From NCBI GenBank assembly GCA_965541585.1, contig CBEUCH010000002.1, positions 128,001-192,000 on the forward strand: a stretch of 64,000 bases of DNA. Direction: 5' to 3'. Of this stretch, positions 37,498-47,290 are shown one piece after another. Below the pieces are notes generated by a model, which was not told where the DNA came from, did no database searches, and saw only the letters and a program-made list of their open reading frames with translations. The translations under genes and the position numbers were made by a program. This DNA comes from an uncultured bacterium (lineage in GTDB: Bacteria; Zixibacteria; MSB-5A5; UBA10806). Position 1 is the stretch's first letter, and the number at the start of each line of letters is the position of its first letter.

Positions 37498-38342
37498 TTA
37501 CCGGGATCGACAGCGTTTTCAAAGGTCGTCTTGGATTCACCAGCTTCGCTATAGGCGGATCGTTCGACGAGATGCAGAAGTTCGCCTCCCGCCACGGTTT
37601 CGGCCTGGTGCAGGTTGCTCTTGATGATGGCCGGTATTTTCCCGAGAGGATAAATCCCGACGAAAGGCGACGAATTTCGGAGAGTTACCGAAGCCGGGGT
37701 ATCGGGTTATGTTTCCACGGGCCATCGGATATCCCGCTGATGAATCGCCATCGCAGCGTGCGTCTGGCAGGACTGGAGCGCTTGTATGAAATGCTCGATA
37801 TGGCGATTGATATGGGGGGTGAATATTTTGTATTCCATCCGGGGCGGCTGGCCTTCTATTCGATTTCCTCGCACCGGGTTATTTTCATGGAGCAGAAAAT
37901 ACCGGGAAGGCATATCGAGTTATTTTCGGATTCAGTTATCCGGCTTCTGGATTACGCCGGGGACCGCATAAAATTATGTATCGAAAACACCCATACCTTA
38001 CCGCAGCAATTCCTCGACACCATCGCGCGGATGGCTATGGAGAACGGGCTGAATCTCGTCTGGGACGTCGGGCATACGGAGCTTGCGCCGCCGGCCGAAA
38101 GGGAAAAGACCATAAAATTCTTTGAGGAAAATATCCGGAGGGTGAAGCTCGGCCACTTGCACGATGTTTCCAACGGCGCTGTTCACAAGGCCCTGGGAAC
38201 CGGCAAGGTTAACGTTGCCGGTTATCTCGAAATCTTTGATACTATCGGGGCCGACGTGATACTCGAAGTGTTTCCGGAATCCGAGCTTTTGAAATCGATG
38301 GAATATATCAAGAATCTGGAAACAGTTCATAGACCGAAATAG
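37494..38342 (+). CDS. sugar-phosphate isomerase/epimerase (AP endonuclease 2 TIM barrel)
   Basis: FHPG, LCIEN, WDVGH, HLHD; frame open back to CTG 37494 (first ATG 37572). Confidence 0.75.
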   Translation: MITGIDSVFKGRLGFTSFAIGGSFDEMQKFASRHGFGLVQVALDDGRYFPERINPDERRRISESYRSRGIGLCFHGPSDIPLMNRHRSVRLAGLERLYEMLDMAIDMGGEYFVFHPGRLAFYSISSHRVIFMEQKIPGRHIELFSDSVIRLLDYAGDRIKLCIENTHTLPQQFLDTIARMAMENGLNLVWDVGHTELAPPAEREKTIKFFEENIRRVKLGHLHDVSNGAVHKALGTGKVNVAGYLEIFDTIGADVILEVFPESELLKSMEYIKNLETVHRPK

Positions 38343-38353
38343 GACAGGTCGGA

Positions 38354-39283
38354 ATGAAATGGATTAAGCCTCCTGTTCTATTTCTCATAGTTGCAATAAT
38401 CCTCATCGTCGCTGGTATCGCCAACGCTGATCCAAAATGCGATCTTTGCAGCAAAACTATTACCGGCAGCTATACTCATTATCCCGATATCGGGATTAAC
38501 GTGTGCTCGCAGTGTGAGCAGACCAGGCCAAGATGCGATAATTGCCGGCGGCCGGTGAACAAACCTCTGCGGGTGGGCCTGGCCCGGCTATGCGAGAGAT
38601 GTGCCGCCAGTGTTGAACGATGTAATTCATGCAGTACCGCTCTTCTGAGCGATTATCACTATTTCGAGGGAAATGAGGCCTTAAAATATTGCTCTGAGTG
38701 TGTGGCAAGGTATCCGATCTGTTCCAACTGCGGAGCGCCGTCCGGTTCGCGCGGGACGAAGCTCGATGATGGGCGATATCTATGCCCAGATTGCCGTAGA
38801 GTGGCGTTGTTCCAGCCCGGCCTGGTGACCCCCATCAAAAAAAAGGTGCTCTCTTACCTCGATAGCGGGATGGGGATAAGAATAAAACATGATATCAAAT
38901 ATTCCCTGCAGGATAAGGATTTTCTGAAAACAAAATCGAAGGATATGCACGGTGATCTCAATGCCCTTTTTTACCGCAAGGGCGACGACTATAACATATA
39001 TGTGCTTTATGGTTTGAGGAAGAAGGACCTGATAGGCGCGATCGCTCATGAGATCACTCATGCCTGGCAGGCCGAGAACTGCGAAAACGATCTGCAGCTT
39101 GAGGATCTCGAGGGATTCGCGCAATGGGCAGCCTATCATACTCTATTATATTTCGACTATGAACAATTGGCAAAGAACATGCGATCGGGAAGCAGCACTT
39201 ATGCAAACGGTCTACGCAAAATGCTTGAAATCGAGAAGCATGGCGGTTCGAACGCGGTGTTCGTTTATATTAAATCTAAATAG
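38354..39283 (+). CDS. DA1-like zinc metallopeptidase with LIM-like zinc fingers
   Basis: Eight CxxC pairs, then AHEITHAW...EGFAQW; N-terminal hydrophobic signal/anchor. Confidence 0.75.
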   Translation: MKWIKPPVLFLIVAIILIVAGIANADPKCDLCSKTITGSYTHYPDIGINVCSQCEQTRPRCDNCRRPVNKPLRVGLARLCERCAASVERCNSCSTALLSDYHYFEGNEALKYCSECVARYPICSNCGAPSGSRGTKLDDGRYLCPDCRRVALFQPGLVTPIKKKVLSYLDSGMGIRIKHDIKYSLQDKDFLKTKSKDMHGDLNALFYRKGDDYNIYVLYGLRKKDLIGAIAHEITHAWQAENCENDLQLEDLEGFAQWAAYHTLLYFDYEQLAKNMRSGSSTYANGLRKMLEIEKHGGSNAVFVYIKSK

Positions 39284-39387
39284 ATTTACTTTGTAAGCGA
39301 AGAAATAAAGAAACAGCTATGAAAAATGTAAAATAGTAAACGAGGCTGATAAATAATCCACAAAACTACAAGTATTACAAGTTATTA

Positions 39388-39908
39388 CTAAATAGTAACT
39401 AGAGGTTGCGAAGAAACGCTAGATTGCTTTTTGCCGGAAGAACCCGATTCAATCTCAAATATTTCAGCTTCCTCAATGTCCTTTGTAAAATCAAAGCACA
39501 AGTTAATGGGCTCATTTTTGTTGTAATTATCATTGTAACTATCTATATCCGTTTTTAGCAAGCAACAATCACCTACAACTTCCCTTCTGCGCTGCTGAAA
39601 AGAAACCTTCATGTGATTATGATTGGCTGTATCAATATCACCCATAACCATAACGTATGGCCGTTCTTTTCTTGTCTTATTGCATGATATTTACGAATCC
39701 TTCGCCCCTGTGGATCGGTAATACGCTCTTCACGTAATGCACGAGATAAAAGCTCTCTACATTGTCTTCTAATTTCAGCCTGTTGGGGAGCCCATTTTTT
39801 TTCACGAATAGCCCAAAGAGCAACCTCATCCAAATCGACTACATCCACACCATATTTGCGCTTATAGTCATTGATGATGCGTAGGGCCTGCTTTTTCAAT
39901 GTCGCCAT
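39388..39908 (-). pseudogene. hypothetical gene split by a 1-nt frameshift
   Basis: ORFs 39609..39908 and 39388..39651 join as ...HTLWLW-GDIDTA... if one G is added to tgggtgat near 39642. Confidence 0.65.
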
Positions 39909-39920
39909 TTCCGTAATTCC

Positions 39921-41057
39921 TTATAGTAAAACTGTTCTGCTCCAGCCATCAGTTAGGGTGGAGACGGTTATAATATTTCTTATTTTTACTAACATTGGTC
40001 TAAAATGCGAATAGGGAATAGTCCCACGACGATGTAGTTGTCCAACTATTATACCTGGATGAATCCCAATCCGGCGTGCAAAACCCATAATGTCTTTCTT
40101 AGAAAACATACTGTCATGCCGCTTTATAAAATGATGCAATTCGCCTTGATCCACAAGAAACTTTATAGCGAACCGGTCTGCTTGTTTTTCTTGGGGCGGT
40201 TTCTGATCATCGGGTTGGGCATCGTCTCCCACTATTTTTGTTTCCAATAGAGGTGATTTTTCTAGTTCGTTTTGTTTCAAATGGCTCAATTCATGACAAA
40301 GAGTGTGCCAGAACCAATCGATGCGGTCATAACGCAAGGAAAGAACTACTACCGGGGAGTATTTATTAAGCCAAAAACAAGCACCATCAATCTTTGTCTT
40401 TGGTAGATGTTCAACTATTAAAAATCGAATACCATATTTCATAAGAAGTCTCGGTATTTCGTAAACACTTTCTGGTTCTAGGCGAAGTACACCTAACTCC
40501 CGCATCATTGAATCGAAATTACGACTTGAGTACCTATTTCTTACCTTCAAAGTTTGTGATAATTTCTTAGCCCTCATTAACCATGACAGTTGCGAAGCGC
40601 TTGGCTTTTCACGATAATCAGTAGATTTTCTTGCCGCATGAGTAAATTGAACTTCATCATTGATGTCGGAAACCTCTAAGAACTGACAAACTTGTGCCTC
40701 CAAAACATCTACGTTGGTTGACCCTTCGAGCCAACCGCGCTTTTGCATTTCTCTTATTGGGGCTTTCTCGAATAACTTTGCTCGCCTAATTACCGCATCG
40801 TCCTTTTTAACTGAAATAGCTAATCTATATGCGGCCTGTAAATTCAACCACACCTGAGGCCCCGTGCCAAATGCATCACCAAGTGCTTTTGCCATCTCCG
40901 GTGAGATTGACCGTCTCCCATTAAGAACATCACTGATTTCGTTACGCTTGTATCCCAGGATTTCTGCTAAATCACTTGATGACCATCCTCGCTCATCTGC
41001 TTCTTCGCGAACATACTCACCGGGATGGAAAGCTTCGGGAACTATTCTCTTTTCCAT
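39921..41057 (-). CDS. higA: HigA-type HTH antitoxin fused to ImmA/IrrE metallopeptidase
   Basis: FHPGEY...WLNLQAAY HTH; WFWHTLCHELSH; HPGIIVGQL. Confidence 0.88.
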   Translation of the reverse strand: MEKRIVPEAFHPGEYVREEADERGWSSSDLAEILGYKRNEISDVLNGRRSISPEMAKALGDAFGTGPQVWLNLQAAYRLAISVKKDDAVIRRAKLFEKAPIREMQKRGWLEGSTNVDVLEAQVCQFLEVSDINDEVQFTHAARKSTDYREKPSASQLSWLMRAKKLSQTLKVRNRYSSRNFDSMMRELGVLRLEPESVYEIPRLLMKYGIRFLIVEHLPKTKIDGACFWLNKYSPVVVLSLRYDRIDWFWHTLCHELSHLKQNELEKSPLLETKIVGDDAQPDDQKPPQEKQADRFAIKFLVDQGELHHFIKRHDSMFSKKDIMGFARRIGIHPGIIVGQLHRRGTIPYSHFRPMLVKIRNIITVSTLTDGWSRTVLL

Positions 41058-41353
41058 TAGTGATAATCCTCAATTTTAAAAATAACTACTTTTTCCTCTC
41101 CGCCTTGCTTTACAAACTGAAAGATTAAACGGAATTGGTCGTTTATTCTAATTGAGTGTTTATTTTTCATTTTTCCTTTCAACTTTTCCAGTCGTAATGC
41201 CTTAAATGCATACAGTACCTGCCTGTTCGGTGCCTGCTTTATTTGATTTATTCGTTTCCGAAACGATCTTGTCAAGATAGGTGACCACTTAGCCGTGTAA
41301 GCAGGATCGAACGCTAATTTTTCAAGGTCCGAATCATGAAATTCAACAACCAT
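41057..41353 (-). CDS. higB: HigB/RelE-family toxin
   Basis: LRLEKLKG, HSIRINDQFRLIF, IEDYH terminus; overlaps the higA start. Confidence 0.9.
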   Translation of the reverse strand: MVVEFHDSDLEKLAFDPAYTAKWSPILTRSFRKRINQIKQAPNRQVLYAFKALRLEKLKGKMKNKHSIRINDQFRLIFQFVKQGGEEKVVIFKIEDYH

Positions 41354-41361
41354 CCTTGCCT

Positions 41362-41390
41362 ATTATAATTATTAATATCGGATTTGTCAA
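41362..41390 (-). promoter_or_regulatory. consensus sigma70 promoter of the higBA operon
   Basis: Exact TTGACA-17-TATAAT, 8 nt upstream of the higB ATG. Confidence 0.85.
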
Positions 41391-41606
41391 TATATAAATT
41401 TAAAAATATTGTAAATTGATAAATAAAAAATGTTAACCCTTTCAACTGCATAAGGTTAAGCTTTTACCTTACAGCTATAGCATGGGCCAAATGTTAAGAA
41501 TATTAGGCAACATATATTAAATAGGCTTACTACACATCTTGCCTGTTGCGTTTGATGATCGGTTTCCTGATATTGGCAGGGATTGAAATAGTGAATCCTC
41601 CTGAAA

Positions 41607-42395
41607 ATGCTCGAGGAGATGATAATGACTGAAACTAAGCACGAACATCTCGATCTTTTAGCTTTCGGCGCTCATCCCGATGATGTGGAGGTCGGTTGCG
41701 CGGGGCTTTTAATAAAGCTGAACAAACGCGGTTATAAAACCGGACTGGTCATTCTCACCGAGGGCGAGATGGGCACCGGCGGCACGAGGGAGCTTCGCAA
41801 AAAAGAGGCGGCAGACGCCGCAACGATCATGAAATCGAAAGTGGTTGCCCATCTTAACCTGGGAGACTGCAAACTCGAGGACAATTACGATACCCGTTTG
41901 ATAGCCGTCGAATATATCAGGCGGTACAGGCCATCTATTGTGCTGGCGCCATGGTGGAAAGGCGGCCATGGCAAACGGCAGTCGCATCCCGATCACCTGT
42001 CCTGCGGTCGGATAGTGGTCAATGCCGTCAATTACGCCACCTTCAAGAAGATCCCCATCGATCTGCCGCCGCATCGGGTCAAGGCTCTCTTCCATTATTT
42101 CCTGCCGCCGGATGTGCCGCCGACTTTTGTAGTGGATATCACAGACGAATTCGACCAGTGGATGAAGGCGCTCTCTGCTCACCGCTCGCAGTTCCTTAAC
42201 CCGGAAAAAGAGAGAGATTATCTCTGGGCGCTGGAATCCATGGCGAGAACCTACGGCAATTTGATCGGCGCCAAATACGGGCAGGGATATGGCATCGGCG
42301 AGCCATTAAAAATCGAGGACCCGTTTTGTTTAGTGGGTAGATGCAGCCGCATACCGGAAATGCTGATAGAAAAGAAAGCAAGCGATGAGGAATGA
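41607..42395 (+). CDS. bshB1: PIG-L family deacetylase (bacillithiol BshB1-like)
   Basis: GAHPDDVE, SHPDH, AHRSQF; start may be 41625. Confidence 0.75.
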   Translation: MLEEMIMTETKHEHLDLLAFGAHPDDVEVGCAGLLIKLNKRGYKTGLVILTEGEMGTGGTRELRKKEAADAATIMKSKVVAHLNLGDCKLEDNYDTRLIAVEYIRRYRPSIVLAPWWKGGHGKRQSHPDHLSCGRIVVNAVNYATFKKIPIDLPPHRVKALFHYFLPPDVPPTFVVDITDEFDQWMKALSAHRSQFLNPEKERDYLWALESMARTYGNLIGAKYGQGYGIGEPLKIEDPFCLVGRCSRIPEMLIEKKASDEE

Positions 42396-42472
42396 ATTGA
42401 CAGAGGCGTCAGGCTGTTACGGTCTGACCTGGGCGGGATATAATCTCAGTCCCGAAAGGTGGGAAAGAGGCG

Positions 42473-42673
42473 TCAATTTCCCAGGGGGCACATTCCGGAA
42501 AACGTAATTAGCGCGCCGATAATCGGAATAATCAATGCAACTATAAATACCCATATCGCCAGGATCTCGCCGAATCTGCGTTTGGCTCCTGTAGCCTTAG
42601 CGGAAGAAACGGAGACAATATACCCTATGGCTAAGAAAAGAGTGGCGGGGACGATACTCAAGATCAAACACAT
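42473..42673 (-). CDS. small two-TM membrane protein
   Basis: Strong aaggagg RBS and two hydrophobic segments. Confidence 0.6.
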   Translation of the reverse strand: MCLILSIVPATLFLAIGYIVSVSSAKATGAKRRFGEILAIWVFIVALIIPIIGALITFSGMCPLGN

Positions 42674-42920
42674 TTAAGGCCTCCTTATTTCTCGGAGGAT
42701 AGGACATGGGAAGCGGGTCTGTCAAATCTATTGACATACCTCGCAATAGGTCACTGATTTTAAATTCCTTCGGATACTCTTAGTTTTTGAGAATTAAGGA
42801 TTTTATTTCTCTGGAATCGTCTACCGGTATTTATTAACTTAACCTCTATGGAATCCCGGGGTCTAATACTGTGGTTAAGTATGCCGGGAATGGTCGCAAA
42901 TAATTGATGGAGAAATTCTG

Positions 42921-44183
42921 ATGAAGAAGATATTCACAGTAATCGTAATCATCGTTGTGGTGGCGATAGCCTACAACCTCTGGTGGCCCTCGGATTCCGC
43001 CGAAAACGGCAGCAACGGCGCCACTCGGACATCGACATCAGTCATAAAAAAGGGCAATCTGACCATTGCAGTTAACTCCACCGGCGTAGTGGAGCCGATC
43101 CTGACGGTCGATTTGAAATCGAAAGCCTCCGGCGAGATAATCGAGCTTCCCATAGAGGAAGGGGATATAGTCGAGGAGGGCCGGCTCATCGCCAGGCTCG
43201 ATGCCACCACCACGAAGAACGCTTACGACCAGGCGGTTGCTGATCTGGAGGTTGCCAGGTCGAGCCTGTCTCTCGCTATAAAAGAGACGAAAAGGCAGCA
43301 GGAGCTTTACGATCAGGGATTGATCTCCGAGCTCGAATATGAAAACGCTCTACTAGAGAAAGAGAGAGCCAATTCCAGCCTGGTAAAGGCCGAGGTCAAC
43401 CTCGAGGATTCCAGGGAAAGGCTTTCGGATACGGTCATTAAATCGCCTATCGACGGTATCGTTTTGAAGAAATATGTGGAGAACGGTCAGATTATCGCCT
43501 CCGGTATCTCGGAGGTCTCGGGCGGCTCCATCATAGCCACCGTGGCCGACCTCTCCCGGGCCTATATCAAGACGGCGGTGGACGAGGTCGATATCGGGCA
43601 AATCACACCGGGTCAGAAGGCGACCATCATAGCGGAGAGCTATCCCGACCGGGAGTTCCTGGGCGAGGTGCAGCGAATTCATCCGCTGGCACGTGAAGAG
43701 CAGAATGTAACCACCTTCGACGTTACCATAGAGGTCGATAACTCCGAGAGGCTACTTATGGCTGGCATGAATGCCAGCGTGGAGATAATTGCGGGTTTCA
43801 GAGAGAATGTCCTTTTGGTTCCACGGGAGGCGCTGACCGATATTCGGAGTTTATCGCGGATGATGGGCGGGCCGCCGGGAGGTTCCAACCGTGAGGGCAT
43901 GATGCGAATGGCCGGCGGCGGTAGCAGAGGGCATCGCCCCGACGGTGATAGCAAAAAAGGAAATCCCACCAAAATGGTGATTGTGACCAACGGCGGCCAG
44001 CAGGAGCCCCGCCAGATTGAGATCGGCATGTCTAATTTCGAGATGGCGGAGGCGCTCTCCGGGTTGTCTGAGGGCGATACTGTTCTGACAACTATCACAT
44101 CGAAGGCGCTGCTCGACCGCGAGGCGTTTATGGAGCGTATGCGACGCTGGAGCCGTATCCCCGGCATGGAAAAGAAAAAATGA
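42921..44183 (+). CDS. MacA-like periplasmic adaptor subunit
   Basis: VDLKSKASGEI, IKSPIDGIV, VDEVDIG. Confidence 0.9.
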   Translation: MKKIFTVIVIIVVVAIAYNLWWPSDSAENGSNGATRTSTSVIKKGNLTIAVNSTGVVEPILTVDLKSKASGEIIELPIEEGDIVEEGRLIARLDATTTKNAYDQAVADLEVARSSLSLAIKETKRQQELYDQGLISELEYENALLEKERANSSLVKAEVNLEDSRERLSDTVIKSPIDGIVLKKYVENGQIIASGISEVSGGSIIATVADLSRAYIKTAVDEVDIGQITPGQKATIIAESYPDREFLGEVQRIHPLAREEQNVTTFDVTIEVDNSERLLMAGMNASVEIIAGFRENVLLVPREALTDIRSLSRMMGGPPGGSNREGMMRMAGGGSRGHRPDGDSKKGNPTKMVIVTNGGQQEPRQIEIGMSNFEMAEALSGLSEGDTVLTTITSKALLDREAFMERMRRWSRIPGMEKKK

Positions 44184-45397
44184 AATGGCGTGAGTTCTTC
44201 AGTGTCAGCATGGCTTCATTGCATGCCAACAAGGTGCGCTCGCTTCTGACCATGTTAGGTATCATAATCGGCGTGGGTGCGGTTATCGTGATGATATCAC
44301 TCGGCCAGGGGGCCAAGAAGGCAGTGGCCGATAGACTGGAGGCCCTGGGAACCAACCTATTATATATCCGTTCCGGCGCCCCGCACACGAGGCGGGTCAG
44401 AGGCGCAGCCGGCACTTCACAGCGTCTCGACGAGCGCGACCTGCGGCGGCTCAGGGCGGAAACGATGGCCGTGGATAATATCATCCCCGAGATCCGCGGC
44501 GGCAAGCAAGTCATATATGGCAATAAAAATTGGAACACCACCGTAATCGGCACCGGCCCGGAGTATCTGGAGCTTCGCAGCTACACTCTGGCCGACGGCG
44601 ATAACTTTACCGAACGCGATGTTAATTCCATCAAGCGGGTGGCGATTGTGGGGCCGAAGGTGGTGGAAAATGTATTTGAAAATATCAATCCCATCGGCCA
44701 GACCATCCGTATCGGCAGGATTCGTTTCGAGGTCATCGGTATGACCGAATCCAAGGGCGTATCCGGCGGCTGGCTCGATTTCGACGATGTAATATTGATA
44801 CCGTATACCACGGCGCAGAAACGGGTTTTCGGATTGACACACTTAGACCGCCTGATCGCCCGGCTCAAGGATGAATCCCTGATAACCAACGCTTATTTCG
44901 AGATCGAGAAGATCCTGCGCAAATCGCACAAGCTCCGCCCCGACCAGGAGAACGACTTTTTTATTCAGTCGCAGTCGGATTACGCCGCCGCCCGGCAGGA
45001 GACCACCGAGACCATGACCTATCTGTTGGCCGGTGTGGCATTGGTTTCGCTTTTAGTCGGCGGGATCGGGATTATGAATATCATGCTGGTCTCCGTCACC
45101 GAGCGGACCAAGGAGATCGGCGTTCGCATGGCGGTGGGGGCGCGCCGTCGTGACATACTGATTCAGTTCATCATGGAATCGGTAACCCTGGCGCTTTTCG
45201 GCGGCCTGATCGGCATCCTTACAGGCGTGGGCGGTTCTTTCGGCCTGACCGAGTTTTTCGGCTGGAGCACGTTTATTCCGGCGCCGGCAGTGGGGATGTC
45301 GTTTGCATTCGCCTTCGCCGTGGGCCTGTTCTTCGGCATCTACCCCGCACGCAAAGCCTCGCTCTTAGATCCGATAGAGGCGTTGAGGTGGGAGTAG
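44180..45397 (+). CDS. MacB/FtsX-like ABC permease
   Basis: RSLLTMLGIIIGV, GGIGIMNIMLVSVTERTKEIG, DPIEALR. Confidence 0.92.
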   Translation: MKWREFFSVSMASLHANKVRSLLTMLGIIIGVGAVIVMISLGQGAKKAVADRLEALGTNLLYIRSGAPHTRRVRGAAGTSQRLDERDLRRLRAETMAVDNIIPEIRGGKQVIYGNKNWNTTVIGTGPEYLELRSYTLADGDNFTERDVNSIKRVAIVGPKVVENVFENINPIGQTIRIGRIRFEVIGMTESKGVSGGWLDFDDVILIPYTTAQKRVFGLTHLDRLIARLKDESLITNAYFEIEKILRKSHKLRPDQENDFFIQSQSDYAAARQETTETMTYLLAGVALVSLLVGGIGIMNIMLVSVTERTKEIGVRMAVGARRRDILIQFIMESVTLALFGGLIGILTGVGGSFGLTEFFGWSTFIPAPAVGMSFAFAFAVGLFFGIYPARKASLLDPIEALRWE

Positions 45398-45458
45398 GGC
45401 GAGATTAGATTTCATTCTATAAAGGATATTTTAGATATTCAGGTAAGGGGGAAATATA

Positions 45459-46388
45459 ATGCGTTATATGGTTGAACTTGGGTTGACGAGTCCAATTAGC
45501 AGGGAATGTGAGGACGTGCGAATAAAAAAAGACAATATAGAAGTCATATTCGATTTTAGGGGAGATAAAGGATATACTGGGGAGCCGAATATCAAGTTTA
45601 TTGTAGCAGCTGTTGATTTCGATGAGGCAACTAAAAAATTAGACAAGTACGGTCTACCATACATAGAAAAGATAATGATGGTTAATAGAATAAGATTAAC
45701 TATTTCACAAATCCACTTCATTTTGGAAGGTGCCAAAGGACATATTGAAAGATCTTGCTTCGTGTCTAAATTGTGGCGTGGCGGCTCATCCTTTTATCAT
45801 GAGCACTTTTCTCAACAAAGGATTGATGCTATAATTAATACAGAGTTCAAGAATCTTAATGAAAAGGCGCTTGGATATTTTAGATTCGCTATGTTTTCTA
45901 CGACAGACATAGATCAATTCAGGAATCTAAGGCTTGCGCTAGAATCACTCATACCGAAAAGGGATGATCCAAAAGTTAGGAAATGTGAGAAATGCGCTGC
46001 AGACCTTTATTGTAAAAAATGCGCTCATGTCGTTAGTCATACTGGGGTTTTGGATGAAGATATAAGAGGCTTTTGGATTGATGAAATGCACGGAGATAAA
46101 AACCTAATTGATGAAATATTAAAATTACGGCATAAGGCTTTTCATGCTTCTCCTATATCAAGTATTTACAAACACAAACTTCCCCATATCAATCATAAAC
46201 TCGAAATTGGGCTCGGCTTCTATTTTTCGCAGGGCACGCAATTTGTACCTATGATGGCTGATCATGGAAGAAATTATTATTCAAAATTGACTTTTGAAAC
46301 GAGCTTTCCTGATCAAGAGTTTCCGGAGGATTTTCCAAAAGAGGATTACTGGAGAGAAAAAATACTCACCCCTCCAGATGATGGATAG
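45459..46388 (+). CDS. AT-rich hypothetical protein with putative HEPN-like domain and zinc ribbon
   Basis: LRLALESL, CEKC...CKKC, RHKAFH (Rx4H). Confidence 0.55.
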   Translation: MRYMVELGLTSPISRECEDVRIKKDNIEVIFDFRGDKGYTGEPNIKFIVAAVDFDEATKKLDKYGLPYIEKIMMVNRIRLTISQIHFILEGAKGHIERSCFVSKLWRGGSSFYHEHFSQQRIDAIINTEFKNLNEKALGYFRFAMFSTTDIDQFRNLRLALESLIPKRDDPKVRKCEKCAADLYCKKCAHVVSHTGVLDEDIRGFWIDEMHGDKNLIDEILKLRHKAFHASPISSIYKHKLPHINHKLEIGLGFYFSQGTQFVPMMADHGRNYYSKLTFETSFPDQEFPEDFPKEDYWREKILTPPDDG

Positions 46389-46469
46389 TATTTTAATTGC
46401 GATGTTAGGAATCCTTTCCTGACAGACCATCGTCTGGAAAGGGCTCCCGGCGGCGGGTGATAAATCACG

Positions 46470-46823
46470 TTAAAGTAATGGCAATCCTTTGGTTGTTGTG
46501 AAATCTAATCCTAAGTGACTCGCATACCCAGCCGCAAAAACTCTAGTAGCCATCTTCAAATTGTCATTTACATTATCTTTCTTAAGAACGCGGCAAATTA
46601 AATGTCCACCACCTAATACGATAGCGTAACTGTGAAAAAATCGCCTATGATTGTATGAGGTTGCAGGTTCAATAATATCAGGTAGTGCTCCAGAAAATGC
46701 TCCTATAGCAACAGCGCCGAGGGTGCCAAGGACAGAGGGTTTGTTTCCTGTCTTCTTTCTGCTGGCTATATAGGTGTAGGTCCCGGCTGCTATTGAAGCC
46801 AAAATGTGAGAATTTCGATTCAT
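46470..46823 (-). CDS. membrane metal-dependent hydrolase (YdjM-like)
   Basis: LPDIIEP...HRRFFHS...GYASHLGLD...GLPL. Confidence 0.75.
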   Translation of the reverse strand: MNRNSHILASIAAGTYTYIASRKKTGNKPSVLGTLGAVAIGAFSGALPDIIEPATSYNHRRFFHSYAIVLGGGHLICRVLKKDNVNDNLKMATRVFAAGYASHLGLDFTTTKGLPLL

Positions 46824-46917
46824 AACGCCCCATTTCTTTCGTTACTTCAGTCAATATATTCTGGCATATTTTAGTTGCGGGAGAAGAAAGTGTCAACAAA
46901 TAATTTTATTCTAAGAA

Positions 46918-47146
46918 GTAGGTGGGAGGCTCGTCTCCCCGCCCGCGTTTCTCGGGGTCGGCAGACAAGTCCAACGGACCGGTAGAGGGCTACCGACCTA
47001 CGACTGATTAAATCGAATATTTCCCGTAGGGGTCGATCTTGGATCGACCCGAAGAAAGCGGGCAGGTCCGAATGAGCGAAGCGAATGAGAAACCCGACAT
47101 TATGCAGAAGTGTCGGCCTTCTCACTTCGTTCGGAGGCCGACCTAC
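46918..47146. repeat. cluster of REP-like GTAG palindromes (REPIN-like doublets)
   Basis: GTAGgtgggag..ctcccgcc; ..ccgacCTAC(47001); GTAGgggtcgatc-ttg-gatcgaccc; gtcggcct..aggccgacCTAC(47146). Confidence 0.7.
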
Positions 47147-47290
47147 TTTTTTTGCAGAATCGCGCATTAACGCCGTTAGGCCTTGACAACAATGGTTATC
47201 GTTTGCTATAGAGCGTTGTCAATAATATATTTGGCGACCGGTACACAACCGTGTGCCCGACGACAATGGGAATCGAACACCGGAGAGCAA

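Noticed and set aside
39290..41560. Prophage or IS boundaries for the higBA island
   Set aside because: There is no integrase or transposase, and only an 8-bp match (acagctat) on both sides, which is within chance
42921..45397. Missing ATPase in the MacAB-like pair as a novelty
   Set aside because: Separately encoded ATPases are common, so this cannot be judged from one window
45400..47150. Integron cassette array
   Set aside because: The genes are convergent, there is no integrase, and no convincing attC R''/R' box pairs were found
46871..47167. 98-aa ORF on the minus strand
   Set aside because: It coincides with the REP palindrome cluster and has no protein-like features
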